Positions 1 through 10,616 of a stretch of DNA of 64,000 nt are shown here, one piece after another. The stretch's first letter is position 1. The number at the start of each line of letters is the position of its first letter. The notes beneath the pieces were generated by a model. It saw nothing but the letters and a program-made list of their open reading frames with translations. It ran no database searches and was not told the origin of the DNA. The DNA comes from Luteimonas sp. Its GTDB lineage: Bacteria > Pseudomonadota > Gammaproteobacteria > Xanthomonadales > Xanthomonadaceae. The stretch spans positions 11,345-75,344 of the forward strand of contig JBQDAV010000004.1 of NCBI GenBank assembly GCA_052090405.1, in the 5' to 3' direction. The translations under genes were made by a program, and so were the position numbers.

Positions 1-1
1 G

Positions 2-1288
2 GTCCGGCTCGCGCTGCTGCTGGCGGCAGCGCTGGCGATCGGGCTGGTGCTGGGCCATCCATGGCCGGCCCTGGCGATCGCCGCCCTGGGCGTGGTTGCC
101 TGGCAGCACGGCCGGCTGCGCCGCGTGGTCCGACACCTGTCATCGCGCCAGCGCATCGCGCCCCACGACGGCAACGACGCCTGGAGCGAGCTCGGCCACC
201 TGCTGCACCGCAACCAGGAACAGACCCGCCACCGCGCCCAGCGACTGGTGGAAATGCTGCGCGCCTACCGCGCCGCGGCAGCCGCCCTGCCCGACGCGGT
301 GGTGGTGCTGGAGCGCAACAGCCAGCGCGTGCAGTGGTTCAACGAGGCCGCCGGCCACCTGCTCGGGCTGCGCTACCCCGAGGACACCCAGGCCGCGCTC
401 GGCGAACGACTGCGGCCGCTGCCGGTCGCCCACTGGCTGGCCGCCGGGCGCAACGCCGAACCGCTGCCGGACGTGCCCTCCCCGGTCGACCCGGCCACGC
501 GCCTGAGCCTGCGCCTGATCCCCTATTCCGACGAACTGTGGCTGCTGGTGGCGCGCGACGTCACCAAGCTCATGCACCTTGAACACATCCGCCGGGACTT
601 CGTAGCCAATGTCTCGCACGAACTGCGCACGCCGCTGACGGTGATCCACGGCTACCTGGAAATGCTCGATCCGGACGAGCAGCCCGACTGGGCGCCGATC
701 CTGGTCGAAATGCGCCGACAGTCGCAGCGCATGACGCAGCTGGTGGAAGACCTGCTGACCCTGTCGCGGCTGGAGTCGCAGGATTCGATCAACGACGAGG
801 TTGTCTCGCTCGATTCCACACTGGCCACCCTGCGCCGCGAGGCCGAGGCGCTGGGCCGGGGCATCCACGAGATCAGCGTCCAGGACCGGGCCGGCGTGGA
901 CCTGCTGGGCTCGCCGCGCGAGCTGCACAGCGCCTTCTCCAACCTCGTCTCCAACGCAGTGCGCTACACACCCGAAGGCGGCCGGATCGCGATCGCGCTC
1001 GACCAGGACGAGGAAGGCGGCGTACTGCTGTCCGTGCGCGACAGCGGATACGGCATCCCCGAATCGCATATCCCGCGCCTGACCGAGCGCTTCTACCGGG
1101 TCTCCACCAGCCGTTCGCGCGAGCTGGGCGGGACCGGCCTTGGCCTGGCGATCGTCAAGCACGTGCTGCAGCTGCACCAGGCCCGCCTGGAAATCTCCAG
1201 CGAGGTCGGCCAGGGCAGCGTCTTCACCTGCCGCTTCCCGGCCGGCCGCACCCGGTCGCGCAACGCGCCGGAGGGCGCCGGCGCATGA
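2..1288 (+). CDS. phoR: Phosphate regulon sensor histidine kinase PhoR (5' end lies before the window)
   Basis: Frame is open from base 2. PAS-like region, H-box FVANVSHELRTPL, N-box NLVSNAVRYT, DSGYGIP and GGTGLGLAIVKH motifs; directly upstream of ppk1. Confidence 0.93.
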   Translation, partial: VRLALLLAAALAIGLVLGHPWPALAIAALGVVAWQHGRLRRVVRHLSSRQRIAPHDGNDAWSELGHLLHRNQEQTRHRAQRLVEMLRAYRAAAAALPDAVVVLERNSQRVQWFNEAAGHLLGLRYPEDTQAALGERLRPLPVAHWLAAGRNAEPLPDVPSPVDPATRLSLRLIPYSDELWLLVARDVTKLMHLEHIRRDFVANVSHELRTPLTVIHGYLEMLDPDEQPDWAPILVEMRRQSQRMTQLVEDLLTLSRLESQDSINDEVVSLDSTLATLRREAEALGRGIHEISVQDRAGVDLLGSPRELHSAFSNLVSNAVRYTPEGGRIAIALDQDEEGGVLLSVRDSGYGIPESHIPRLTERFYRVSTSRSRELGGTGLGLAIVKHVLQLHQARLEISSEVGQGSVFTCRFPAGRTRSRNAPEGAGA

Positions 1289-3345
1289 GCGACGATCCGT
1301 TCGACGATCCGTCGCTGTACCTGAACCGCGAGCTGTCCCAGCTCGACTTCAACCTCCGGGTGCTGGCCCAGGCCCAGGATCCGGCGGTGCCGCTGCTGGA
1401 GCGGCTGCGCTTCCTGTGCATTTCCTGCACCAACCTCGACGAGTTCTTCGAGATCCGGGCCGCCGCCGTGCGCCACGCCGGAGAATTCGGCCTGCCCGCC
1501 GCTGCCGATGGCGTGGCGCCGGCAGCGGCCCTGCGGCGCATCCACGGGCGCGCCACGGAGCTGGTGACCGCGCAGTACGAATGCTGGAACCAGGTGCTGC
1601 GCCCCGCCCTGGCCGATGCCGGGGTCCGCATCATCGGCCGCGGTGACTGGAACGCGCGCCACAAGCGCTGGCTCAGGTCGTACTTCCGCAACGAGATCAT
1701 GCCCGTGCTGTCGCCCGTGGGGCTGGACCCTGCGCACCCGTTCCCGCGCATCCTCAACAAGTCACTCAACGTGGTGGTGGTGCTCAAGGGCAAGGACGCG
1801 TTCGGCCGCATCGGCCACCTGGCGATCGTGCGCGCGCCGCGCTCGCTGCCGCGCATCATCCAGCTGCCGGAGCACGTGTCGGGCGGCGAGAACGACTTCG
1901 TGTTCCTGTCCGCGGTGCTTTCCGAGTTCGTCCACGAGCTGTTCCCGGGGATGACGGTCAAGGGCGCCTACCAGTTCCGGGTGACCCGCAACTCGGAGCT
2001 GGTCATGGACGAGGACGAGGTGGAGAACCTGGCCCTGGCCCTGCGCGACGAGCTGGCCGGCCGCGGCTACCAGCGCCCGATGCGGCTGGAGATCGCCGCC
2101 GACTGCCCCAGGCCGATCGTGCGCACCCTGCTGGAGAACTTCGACCTGCCGGACAACGCGGTCTACCGCATCGACGGCCCGGTCAACCTCAGCCGCGTGG
2201 TCCAGGTGTACGACCTGGTGCAACGCCCGGAGCTCAAGTTCCCGGCCTTCCAGCCGCGCCAGCTGCGCGGCAGCGATGCCATGTTCGACCTCATCGCCGA
2301 CGGCGACGTGTTGCTGCACCACCCCTTCGACAGCTTCACCCCGGTGCTTGAACTGATCAAGCAGGCGGCCGAAGACCCGAACGTGCTGGCGATCAAGCAG
2401 ACCCTGTACCGCACCGGCAAGGATTCGCCGATCGTCGAACACCTGGTCCAGGCCGCCCGCAACGGCAAGGACGTGACCGTGGTGGTGGAGCTGCTGGCGC
2501 GCTTCGACGAGGAGGCCAACCTGGGGCTCGCGGGCCGCCTGCAGGAGGCCGGGGTGCAGGTGGTGTACGGCGTGGTCGGCTTCAAGACCCACGCCAAGAT
2601 GCTGCTGGTGGTGCGCCGCGAGGGCCGCAGGCTGCGCCGCTACGTGCACCTGGGCACCGGCAACTACCACTCGGGCAACGCGCGTGCCTATACCGACCTG
2701 GGGCTGATGACCGCGAACCCGGCAATCGGCGCCGACGTGCACCAGGTCTTCATGCAGCTTTCCGGGCTGGCGCCGGCCATCGAACTCAAGCACCTGCTGC
2801 AGTCGCCCTTCACCCTGCATGCGGGCGTGCTGGAGCGGATCGCACGCGAGGCCGCGCATGCGCACGCGGGAAAGCCGGGGCGCATCGTCGCCAAGATGAA
2901 CGCATTGAACGAGCCGCGGGTGATCCAGGCACTGTATGCGGCCTCGCAGGCCGGGGTGCAGATCGACCTGATCGTGCGCGGCGCCTGCACCCTGCGCCCG
3001 GGCGTTCCCGGCGTGTCGGACAACATCCGCGTGCGCTCCATCGTCGGGCGTTTCCTGGAGCACCACCGCGTGTACTGGTTCGGCAACGACGGCGCGCCGG
3101 AGCTGTTCTGCGCCAGCGCCGACTGGCTTGAGCGCAACCTGCTGCGCCGGGTCGAGGCCTGCTTCCCGATCCTCGACCCGGGCCTGGCCCAGCGCGTGCG
3201 CGAGGAGGCACTGGACAACTACCTGGCCGACAATACCGATGCCTGGGCGCTGCAGGCCGATGGCCGCTACCGCGCGTTGGTTCCCGCCGATGGCACGCAG
3301 CCGCATTCGGCCCAGGCATGGCTGCTGGAGAAACTGTGCGGATGA
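1285..3345 (+). CDS. ppk1: Polyphosphate kinase 1
   Basis: YLNRELSQLDFN, NLDEFFEIR, IKQTLYRT, ARFDEEAN, KTHAK, SIVGRFLEH motifs; ATGA overlap with phoR stop. Confidence 0.97.
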   Translation: MSDDPFDDPSLYLNRELSQLDFNLRVLAQAQDPAVPLLERLRFLCISCTNLDEFFEIRAAAVRHAGEFGLPAAADGVAPAAALRRIHGRATELVTAQYECWNQVLRPALADAGVRIIGRGDWNARHKRWLRSYFRNEIMPVLSPVGLDPAHPFPRILNKSLNVVVVLKGKDAFGRIGHLAIVRAPRSLPRIIQLPEHVSGGENDFVFLSAVLSEFVHELFPGMTVKGAYQFRVTRNSELVMDEDEVENLALALRDELAGRGYQRPMRLEIAADCPRPIVRTLLENFDLPDNAVYRIDGPVNLSRVVQVYDLVQRPELKFPAFQPRQLRGSDAMFDLIADGDVLLHHPFDSFTPVLELIKQAAEDPNVLAIKQTLYRTGKDSPIVEHLVQAARNGKDVTVVVELLARFDEEANLGLAGRLQEAGVQVVYGVVGFKTHAKMLLVVRREGRRLRRYVHLGTGNYHSGNARAYTDLGLMTANPAIGADVHQVFMQLSGLAPAIELKHLLQSPFTLHAGVLERIAREAAHAHAGKPGRIVAKMNALNEPRVIQALYAASQAGVQIDLIVRGACTLRPGVPGVSDNIRVRSIVGRFLEHHRVYWFGNDGAPELFCASADWLERNLLRRVEACFPILDPGLAQRVREEALDNYLADNTDAWALQADGRYRALVPADGTQPHSAQAWLLEKLCG

Positions 3346-4883
3346 AGAAGGCTTCCAGATCCCTCGCCCTGCCGGGCACGATCGCCGAATCGATCCAGGA
3401 CGGCGACACCCTCGCCGCGATCGACATGGGCTCCAACAGCTTCCACATGATCGTGGCGCGGGTGACCCTGGGCCAGCTGCGCATCGTCGACCGCCTGCGC
3501 GAGACCGTGCGCCTGGGCGAAGGCCTGTACGGCAAGGGCCGGCTGGACGCCGAGGTGCGCGATCGCAGCCTGGCCTGCCTGTCACGCTTCGGCCAGCGGA
3601 TCCGCGGGGTGCCGCCGCGGCACGTGCGTGCGCTGGCCACCAACGCCGTGCGCCAGATGGCCGCGCCACGGGACTTCCTGCGTCCCGCCGAAGAGGCGCT
3701 GGGGCATTCGATCGAAGTGATCTCCGGCCGCGAAGAGGCACGCCTGGTCTACCAGGGCGTGGCCCATGTGCAGCCGCCGAAGGCGGGCGAGCGGCGACTG
3801 GTGATCGACATCGGCGGCGGCTCGACCGAGTACATCATCGGCAGCGGCCTGGACACCCTCAACCGCGAGAGCCTGCAGGTCGGCTGCATCTCCAGCACCC
3901 GCCGGTTCTTCCCCAGCGGCAAGCTGACCCGGAAGAAATGGCAGGACGCGTTCAACGAGGTCGCGGCCGAATACCAGCAGTTCGCCGCCACCTATCGCAG
4001 CGTGGGCTGGCACGAAACGCTGGGCTCGTCGGGCACCAACAAGGCCATCGGCGCCATCTGCGCGGCGATGGGGCTGACCAAGGGCGCGGTCACCGCCCAG
4101 GCGCTGCCGCAGGTACGCGAGCGCATGCTCGATGCGGGCCACATCGACGCCATCGACCTGCCCGGCCTGTCCGATGAACGCCGCCCGGTGATCGCCGGCG
4201 GGCTGCTGGCGCTGGAAGCGGCGTTCACCGTGCTCGGCCTGGAGCGCATGGCGATCAGCAAGGCGGCGATGCGCGAGGGCGTGCTCTACGACATGCTCGG
4301 CCGCGGCAGCGAACACGACCCGCGCGAAGCCGCGATCCAGGCGCTCACCCGGCGCTACGGCATCGACGAAGCGCAGGCCGAGCGCGTGCATGCCACCGCG
4401 CTGGAGCTGTTCGACCAGGTGGCGGGGGACTGGAAGCTGGGCGCCGACGAGCGCCTGATGCTGGGCTGGGCCGCGCGCCTGCACGAGGTCGGGCTGACCA
4501 TCGCCCACAGCCAGCACCACGTGCATGGGGCCTACATCCTCGCCAACTCCGACATCCCCGGCTTCTCCCAGCAGGAACAGCACTTCCTGGCCGCCCTGCT
4601 CCGCACCCATCGCCGCAAGGTGCCCCCCACGGCGTTCGACGCGTTGCCCGAGCGCCTGCTCGCGCCGGCCCTGCGCCTGGCCGCGCTGTTGCGCCTGGCG
4701 GTGGTCTTCCACCACGCCGGCGAAGACCAGCCGATGCCGCGGCCGAAGGTGGCCGCCAGCGGCAAGACGCTGCGCCTGCGCCTGGACGACGAGTGGCTGC
4801 ATGCCCACCCGCTGCTGCGCGCGGACCTGGAAGGCGAGCCCGACGACATCCGCGGGCTGGGCATCGAGCTGCAGCTCGGCTGA
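3342..4883 (+). CDS. ppx: Exopolyphosphatase Ppx/GppA family
   Basis: AAIDMGSNSFH, ISGREEARL, DIGGGSTE, HD-like C-terminal region (LHEVG); ATG at 3342 overlaps ppk1 stop. Confidence 0.95.
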   Translation: MKKASRSLALPGTIAESIQDGDTLAAIDMGSNSFHMIVARVTLGQLRIVDRLRETVRLGEGLYGKGRLDAEVRDRSLACLSRFGQRIRGVPPRHVRALATNAVRQMAAPRDFLRPAEEALGHSIEVISGREEARLVYQGVAHVQPPKAGERRLVIDIGGGSTEYIIGSGLDTLNRESLQVGCISSTRRFFPSGKLTRKKWQDAFNEVAAEYQQFAATYRSVGWHETLGSSGTNKAIGAICAAMGLTKGAVTAQALPQVRERMLDAGHIDAIDLPGLSDERRPVIAGGLLALEAAFTVLGLERMAISKAAMREGVLYDMLGRGSEHDPREAAIQALTRRYGIDEAQAERVHATALELFDQVAGDWKLGADERLMLGWAARLHEVGLTIAHSQHHVHGAYILANSDIPGFSQQEQHFLAALLRTHRRKVPPTAFDALPERLLAPALRLAALLRLAVVFHHAGEDQPMPRPKVAASGKTLRLRLDDEWLHAHPLLRADLEGEPDDIRGLGIELQLG

Positions 4884-4889
4884 GGCCGG

Positions 4890-6365
4890 TCAGTCTTCGC
4901 GCGGCAGCCGGTAATCGAGCGGCGGCGTTTCCCGCTGCAGCAACGGCCGATAGGCGAAATCCCCGCCCCTGCGTTGCTCCAGCTCCGCCCTGGCCTCCTG
5001 CAGCAGTTCCGGCTCCGCATACAGCCGCGCCGCCGCCAGCGCCAGCGTGCGCGCCGCCAGCAGCGTGCCGCCATGGCCGATGCCGTGGCCGGAGGCCGCG
5101 ACCGCCTGCCACGAGTGCGCCGCCGTGCCGGGCACCCAGGTCGCGGTACCAATGCCGGCGGTGGGCACGTTCCAGCTCACGTCGCCGACGTCCGTGGACG
5201 CCTGCGACATCCCCTCGTCGGAGTAGGGTGCGACCTGCAGCGCCTGCTCCAGCGGCGGCGCGCGTTCGAATCCCTGCTGCATGGTCTCGGCGAAGGCACG
5301 ATCGGCCGGTGAATACTCCACCCCGCCACCTTGGTGCAGGGCGGCATCGAGCACGCGGCCGAGGGCATCGTTCGGCAACAGGCTGTACACCCCGCCAAGT
5401 GGCTCGTACGCCACCTCGGTCCCGGTGCCCAGCGCAGCGCCTTCCGCCGCCTTCGCCAGGCGCTCGAACACCTCGCCCACCACCTCCGGGTCCGGATGGC
5501 GGACGTAGTAATAGACCTCCGCCGTGGCGGGCACCACGTTGGGGGCGCCGCCGCCGTCGCTGATCGTGTAATGGATGCGGGTCTGCTGCGGCACGTGCTC
5601 ACGCATCAGGTTGGCCATGTGGTTCAGCGCCTCCACGCCATCGAGCGCGGAGCGGCCGCGCTCGGGCGAAATGGATGCGTGCGCGGCAACGCCGGTGAAG
5701 CGGAAGCGGCCGCTGATGTTGGCCATCGAACCGTGCTGGGCGGCGCTGTTGCGGTCGGAAGGGTGCCAGTGGAGCACCGCATCGACATCGTCGAACAGCC
5801 CGGCCCGGACCATGTAGACCTTGCCCGAGCCGCCTTCCTCGGCCGGCGTGCCGTAGACGCGGACCTGGCCCGGCGTGCCGGTTGCCTGCAGCCAGGCGTG
5901 GATCGCCCGCGCCGCCGCGACCGCGCCGGCGCCGAACAGGTTGTGCCCGCAGGCGTGGCCGCCGGCCTGGCCCTCGACGCTGCGCTGCACGGGCTCGGCC
6001 ACCTGCGACATGCCCGGCAGCGCGTCCATCTCCGCCAGCAGCGCGATCACGGGCCCGCTGTTGCCGGCCTGGGCGACGAACGCGGTCGGCATGCCGGCGA
6101 CGTCGCTCCGGACCTGGAAGCCCGCCTCGCGAAGCTCCTCCTGCAACAGGCGGGAGCTGCGCGTTTCCAGGTACCCCAGTTCGGCCCAGTTCCAAAGCGA
6201 GTCGGCCACCGCGTTCATGCGCGGCGCGTATGCCTCCAGCTCCGCCTGCAGCGGCGTGGCGTCGGCGCCCTCCTGCGCCTGCAGCTGGCCGGCGCCGAGT
6301 ACCAGCAGGCAGGCAGCCAGCACCCGGAGCCTGGAACGGACGCCCCTCACAGGGAGGTGCGCCAT
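4890..6365 (-). CDS. Secreted M20 family amidohydrolase (AbgB / p-aminobenzoyl-glutamate hydrolase-like)
   Basis: N-terminal signal peptide (…GAGQLQA-QE); ELGYLE, EMDALPG, GHACGHN, GTPAEEGGSGK, STDVGDVS, AHSWQ motifs. Confidence 0.85.
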   Translation of the reverse strand: MAHLPVRGVRSRLRVLAACLLVLGAGQLQAQEGADATPLQAELEAYAPRMNAVADSLWNWAELGYLETRSSRLLQEELREAGFQVRSDVAGMPTAFVAQAGNSGPVIALLAEMDALPGMSQVAEPVQRSVEGQAGGHACGHNLFGAGAVAAARAIHAWLQATGTPGQVRVYGTPAEEGGSGKVYMVRAGLFDDVDAVLHWHPSDRNSAAQHGSMANISGRFRFTGVAAHASISPERGRSALDGVEALNHMANLMREHVPQQTRIHYTISDGGGAPNVVPATAEVYYYVRHPDPEVVGEVFERLAKAAEGAALGTGTEVAYEPLGGVYSLLPNDALGRVLDAALHQGGGVEYSPADRAFAETMQQGFERAPPLEQALQVAPYSDEGMSQASTDVGDVSWNVPTAGIGTATWVPGTAAHSWQAVAASGHGIGHGGTLLAARTLALAAARLYAEPELLQEARAELEQRRGGDFAYRPLLQRETPPLDYRLPRED

Positions 6366-9300
6366 TCCACGTACAGCAGGCGGCCGCGTCCATCGTGGAC
6401 GCCCTCGAAGAAGGCGCGGTCCTCATCGGCCAGCGGCGGTGCGCGATCAAACAGGTTGCTGGCGCCCACGCGCAGGTAGCTTTCCGTATTGCCGAGCAGG
6501 TTGCCCAGGCGGAACCCGACATGGGCGTTGACCGTGGTCCAGGTGCCGACCCGGTAGTTGCTGCCGTCGTCGTTCCAGGGCGCGCTGGTGTCGAAGAACG
6601 AGCCAACGTGGCTGGCCATCAGCGAAGCGTCCACCGAGTTCAGCCGCCACTGCACCCCGGCCACCCCGCGGATGCGCGGCATGCCGTTGATGCGCAGCGG
6701 CGACGTGGTGGGCGCGGTGTCGTCCACCTTCTCGTCGAAGGACTCCATGTAGGACGCATCCAGCCGCAGGTTGAACGAACCCAGCCGGGTATCCGGCATC
6801 CGGTAGACCAGGCTGGCGTCATAGCCGGAAATTTCCCGCGATGCGATGTTGATGAAGGTATCCATCACGTAGTCGATCTGCCCCGCGGGCGCCCGCTGGT
6901 CACCGGGATTGGCGGCGTTCCAGGCATCGAAGGCGGCGCGTTCGGCATCGGTCACCGGCAGCCGGACCACCGACGGATTGGACCCCTCCCCGGCGCGGCG
7001 GAGCTCATCGTCCAGCGCCAGCTGCTGGATTTCGCCATAGGTGTCGATCACGTCGCTCTGGCGGATCTTGAAGTAGTCCAGGCTCAGCGACAGGCCTTCG
7101 GCGAACGTGGGCTGCAGCACCAGGCCGATCGAATGCTGCTTGGCCTCCTCCGGCCCGAGGTTCTCGTTGCCGCCGCGCACCACCTGCCGCGACTCGTCGC
7201 CCAGGTCGGCCGGATTGCCGACCACGTCGACGCGATACGGATCCGGCGTACCGGCGTTGCGGCGGACGATCTCGCCCACGAACACCTGGGCCAGGGTCGG
7301 CGCCCGGAAGCCTTCGCTGTAGGACCCGCGCAGCAGCAGCCACTCCGACGGCCCCCAGCTGAACCCGACCTTGGGCTTGGTTGCCGTGCCGAAGTCGCTG
7401 TAGTGCTCGGCGCGGCCGGCGAGGGAAAGTTCCATGCGCTGGAAGCCGGGCCTGGCGTTGAGGTCACTGAAGATCGGCAGCGAGAACTCCACGAAACCCG
7501 ACTTCACGTTGCGGCTGCCGGTTGAATTGCTGGTCTGGCTGAGCGCGATCACGTCGTCCGCGTTCGAAATCGCATCACGGCGGTCGTCGTAGGTTTCACG
7601 CCGGTACTCGACGCCGGTGGCCATCTGCAGGTATCCGGCGGGCAGCTCCATCAGCGCCCCCGTCATCCTGAAATCCGCGGTACCCAGCGACGCTTCACCC
7701 TCGCGCCAGGTGCTCAGGCGGATCGCGTCCAGCACTTCCTGGCTGTTGGCGTCCGGACCGCCGAAGGGATTGAAGGCGTCCGGCGTATCGCGCGCCAGCA
7801 GCTCGCGCAGCACGCTTTCGCGCATCATGTTGCCGGCATCGTCGCGGGTCTTGCCGCTGCCGTAGCTGGCGCCCGCCTCCCAGTCCCAGTCACCGATGTA
7901 GCCCCTCAGGCCACCGCGCACCTGGTAGGCGCGCGAAGTGACGTCGGCGGTGCGCGGTCCCAGCTCCAGCGGCCGGTAGTTGTTAATCCGCACGTCCATC
8001 GGCGCGATGTCGGGGTTGTCGGTTCCCGGCCCGTAGAAGCGGCTTCCGAACGGGTTGTAGTAGTTGCTGGCGGGCACGTAGATGTCGTTGTCGGAGTTCC
8101 CCGAGATCGGCGAGGTGGCGTTGGAGGTCCAGGAATCGGCGCGATAGTAGAAGCCTTCCGCGAACGCCTCCATGCCGTTGTCGAAGCGATGGTTGAGCGC
8201 CCCGAACACCTGGTAGCGGGTGGTTTCGGGCAACAGGACGTATTCGGGCGTGTAGTCGTAGCGCAGGTCGCGCGGCAGCGAGCCGCTGCCCAGCGTGACG
8301 CCACCGCTGCCATCGGGCGCGACGTGGAAGGCAGGCCCGTCCATACCCGGCGCCGGCGCCGCGGTGAAGCTGCCATCCGCTTCCGCCGTGCCCGCCTGGA
8401 AGTTGCCATACGGGCCGCTGATCGAGCGGTTGTCCCACAGGGTGCTGGTGCTGCCGGCACGCTCGCGCAGGTCGCCGGTGCGGCTGAACCACTTGTCGCT
8501 GGTCGGCAGCGCATCGCGGTCGTAGTAGCCCACGAAGCCCATCACGTTGGTGCGGCCGTCGTTGAAGTTGCGCCCGCCAAGCAGGTTGATCGAGGTCTCC
8601 GACATGCTGCCCTCGTCCACCCAACCGTGGCGCAGGGTCGCCTCCGCGCCCTCGTAGTCGCGGCGCAGGATGGTATTGACCACGCCGGCCACGGCGTCGG
8701 ACCCGTACAGCGCGGAGGCGCCGTCACGCAGCACCTCCACGCGTTCGATCGCACCCATGGGAATCTGGTTGATGTTCGCCGACAGCCGCGGCACCACGCC
8801 TTCGGAAATCGGATGGGGCGCAATGCGCCGGCCATTGAGCAGCACCAGCGTATTGCCCGAGCCGATCCCGCGCAGGTTGATCGAGGCCGCGTCGCCGCGG
8901 GCGGCGTTGGGGCCGGTGGAGGTCTCGGCATTGTCAAAACCGGCCGACTGCGGCAGGTAGGCGAGCGCGTCCGACAGCGTGCTGGCGCCGGTCATGTCCA
9001 GCTGTTCGCGCGACAGCGTGGTCACCGGCAGCGCGGTCTCGGCGTCGATCCGGCGGATGAAGCTGCCGGTCACGGTGACCGTTTCCAGGTCTTGCGGCTG
9101 CGCGTCGCTGGTGGTCGCGACCTCTTCGCGCTCAACCGGCGGCGCATCGCCGATTCCACTGGCCGGTACCGCCTGCGGATCAAGCCCAAGCGTGCCGACC
9201 GCGGCCAGCAGGGTCGCCTCCCCGGCCACCGGGCCAAGGGCGATGGTCCTGCCGTCGTCGCTGGCCACGCGCAGCCCGGTGCCCACGAGCAGCTGGTCAA

Positions 9301-9550
9301 GCGCGGCGCGCACGTCCATCGAGCCGTGCAGGGCCGAGGTACGGACGCCGTCCAGCTGGTCGGCCGGCGCCACGATCTGGATCCGTGCCTGTCGGGCGAA
9401 ATCGGGCAGGACCGCCGCGGCGTCGCTGGCCGGCAGGTCGAAATCGCGCTGCTGGGCCTGCGCAGGCGCGGCGGCCGCCAGGGCCACGGCTGCCGTTGCA
9501 GCAAGGGCCATGTGGATGGCGTGGCTCAGGGGCTTGTTGACGATGTACAT
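6347..9550 (-). CDS. TonB-dependent receptor/transducer with N-terminal STN signalling domain
   Basis: Start MYIVNK at 9550 behind GGGAGAG. Signal peptide, STN-like segment (FDLPA…ALDQLLVGTGL), TonB box ETVTVTGS, plug motifs LVLLNGRR and IERVEVLRDGASALYGSDAVAGVVN, C-terminal beta strand GRLLYVEWRTSL. Confidence 0.93.
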   Translation of the reverse strand: MYIVNKPLSHAIHMALAATAAVALAAAAPAQAQQRDFDLPASDAAAVLPDFARQARIQIVAPADQLDGVRTSALHGSMDVRAALDQLLVGTGLRVASDDGRTIALGPVAGEATLLAAVGTLGLDPQAVPASGIGDAPPVEREEVATTSDAQPQDLETVTVTGSFIRRIDAETALPVTTLSREQLDMTGASTLSDALAYLPQSAGFDNAETSTGPNAARGDAASINLRGIGSGNTLVLLNGRRIAPHPISEGVVPRLSANINQIPMGAIERVEVLRDGASALYGSDAVAGVVNTILRRDYEGAEATLRHGWVDEGSMSETSINLLGGRNFNDGRTNVMGFVGYYDRDALPTSDKWFSRTGDLRERAGSTSTLWDNRSISGPYGNFQAGTAEADGSFTAAPAPGMDGPAFHVAPDGSGGVTLGSGSLPRDLRYDYTPEYVLLPETTRYQVFGALNHRFDNGMEAFAEGFYYRADSWTSNATSPISGNSDNDIYVPASNYYNPFGSRFYGPGTDNPDIAPMDVRINNYRPLELGPRTADVTSRAYQVRGGLRGYIGDWDWEAGASYGSGKTRDDAGNMMRESVLRELLARDTPDAFNPFGGPDANSQEVLDAIRLSTWREGEASLGTADFRMTGALMELPAGYLQMATGVEYRRETYDDRRDAISNADDVIALSQTSNSTGSRNVKSGFVEFSLPIFSDLNARPGFQRMELSLAGRAEHYSDFGTATKPKVGFSWGPSEWLLLRGSYSEGFRAPTLAQVFVGEIVRRNAGTPDPYRVDVVGNPADLGDESRQVVRGGNENLGPEEAKQHSIGLVLQPTFAEGLSLSLDYFKIRQSDVIDTYGEIQQLALDDELRRAGEGSNPSVVRLPVTDAERAAFDAWNAANPGDQRAPAGQIDYVMDTFINIASREISGYDASLVYRMPDTRLGSFNLRLDASYMESFDEKVDDTAPTTSPLRINGMPRIRGVAGVQWRLNSVDASLMASHVGSFFDTSAPWNDDGSNYRVGTWTTVNAHVGFRLGNLLGNTESYLRVGASNLFDRAPPLADEDRAFFEGVHDGRGRLLYVEWRTSL

Positions 9551-9608
9551 GGATCTCTCTCCCGGTCGTTCGTATTTGTGCGCGCCCGCCAGGGCGGACG
9601 ATGCTGTG

Positions 9609-10616
9609 TCAGTGGCGTTCTGCGACGCCTGTTTCCGGCCCCGCGGGCACCGGCACCTGTGGTTTGCGCAGATGGATGCCGCGCTCGCTGCGCTCGATGC
9701 GCAGCCCCATGCTGGCGGCGACGGCCGCCGCGAAACCATCCGGATCGGTGGCCGAATACAGTCCCGCCACCCGCTTCTGCGCGATTTCCGGATCGTCGAT
9801 CAGGATGCGGACATTGCTGTAGCGCGCGAACTGCGCGGCGGCCTGCGCCAGGGTGTCGCCCTCGAAGGCCAGCATGCCGTCGCTCCAGGCCAGCTCCCGG
9901 CCGGTCTGCTCCACCTGCAGCGGCTCGATCTGCAGGTCCAGCCCCGGCCGCGCGGACGCCTTGAAGTTGGCCGTCACCCGCACCGGCTGGGGGTCGCCGC
10001 CGTCAACGTCGACGACGCCCTCGCGGACGATCACCTCCAGGTCGCCGCTGCGGCCGCGATGGACGCTGAAGGCCGTGCCCACCGCGGTCACGCGCGTCTC
10101 CCCGGCGATGACCGAAAACGGCCGCTCCGGATCACTGGCCACTTCGAACAGCGCCTCGCCCTTCAACAGCCGCACCTCGCGCCCGCGCTCGCTGAAATCA
10201 ACGCTGACCTGCGAGTTGGAATTCAGTACCAGCGCTGACCCGTCCGGCAGCGGCACGCGCAGCACTTCGCCCAGCGCGGTGGCGTGGCGGGTGGGTCCCT
10301 GGATCAGCAGCACGCCCGCCAGTACCACCGCACACAGTCCCGCAGCAACCGCCGCGTGCCAGGGCAACCGGCGGCGCGATGGCCGCGCAGGCGGGGCGCC
10401 GGATTGCGACATGAAGTCCGGCCCCAGCGCCTGCGACCGCTCCAGGCGCACGAAAACAGCGCGCGCCCGCGCATAGGCACCCAGGTGCCGGGGGTCGGCC
10501 TGCAGCCACGCATCGCGCGCGGCCGCCTCGTCCGCGTCCAGCGGGCCGCGGTCCTCGCGCGCCACCCAGGCCGCGGCCCGGGCGTCAATCGCGTTGGCTG
10601 GTTGTGTCGATGCCAT
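9609..10616 (-). CDS. FecR family anti-sigma factor
   Basis: AAAWVAR…AWLQADPRH N-terminus, one TM helix, LPDGSALVLN, LLKGEALFEVA, AVGTAFSV, AWSDGMLAF. Confidence 0.92.
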   Translation of the reverse strand: MASTQPANAIDARAAAWVAREDRGPLDADEAAARDAWLQADPRHLGAYARARAVFVRLERSQALGPDFMSQSGAPPARPSRRRLPWHAAVAAGLCAVVLAGVLLIQGPTRHATALGEVLRVPLPDGSALVLNSNSQVSVDFSERGREVRLLKGEALFEVASDPERPFSVIAGETRVTAVGTAFSVHRGRSGDLEVIVREGVVDVDGGDPQPVRVTANFKASARPGLDLQIEPLQVEQTGRELAWSDGMLAFEGDTLAQAAAQFARYSNVRILIDDPEIAQKRVAGLYSATDPDGFAAAVAASMGLRIERSERGIHLRKPQVPVPAGPETGVAERH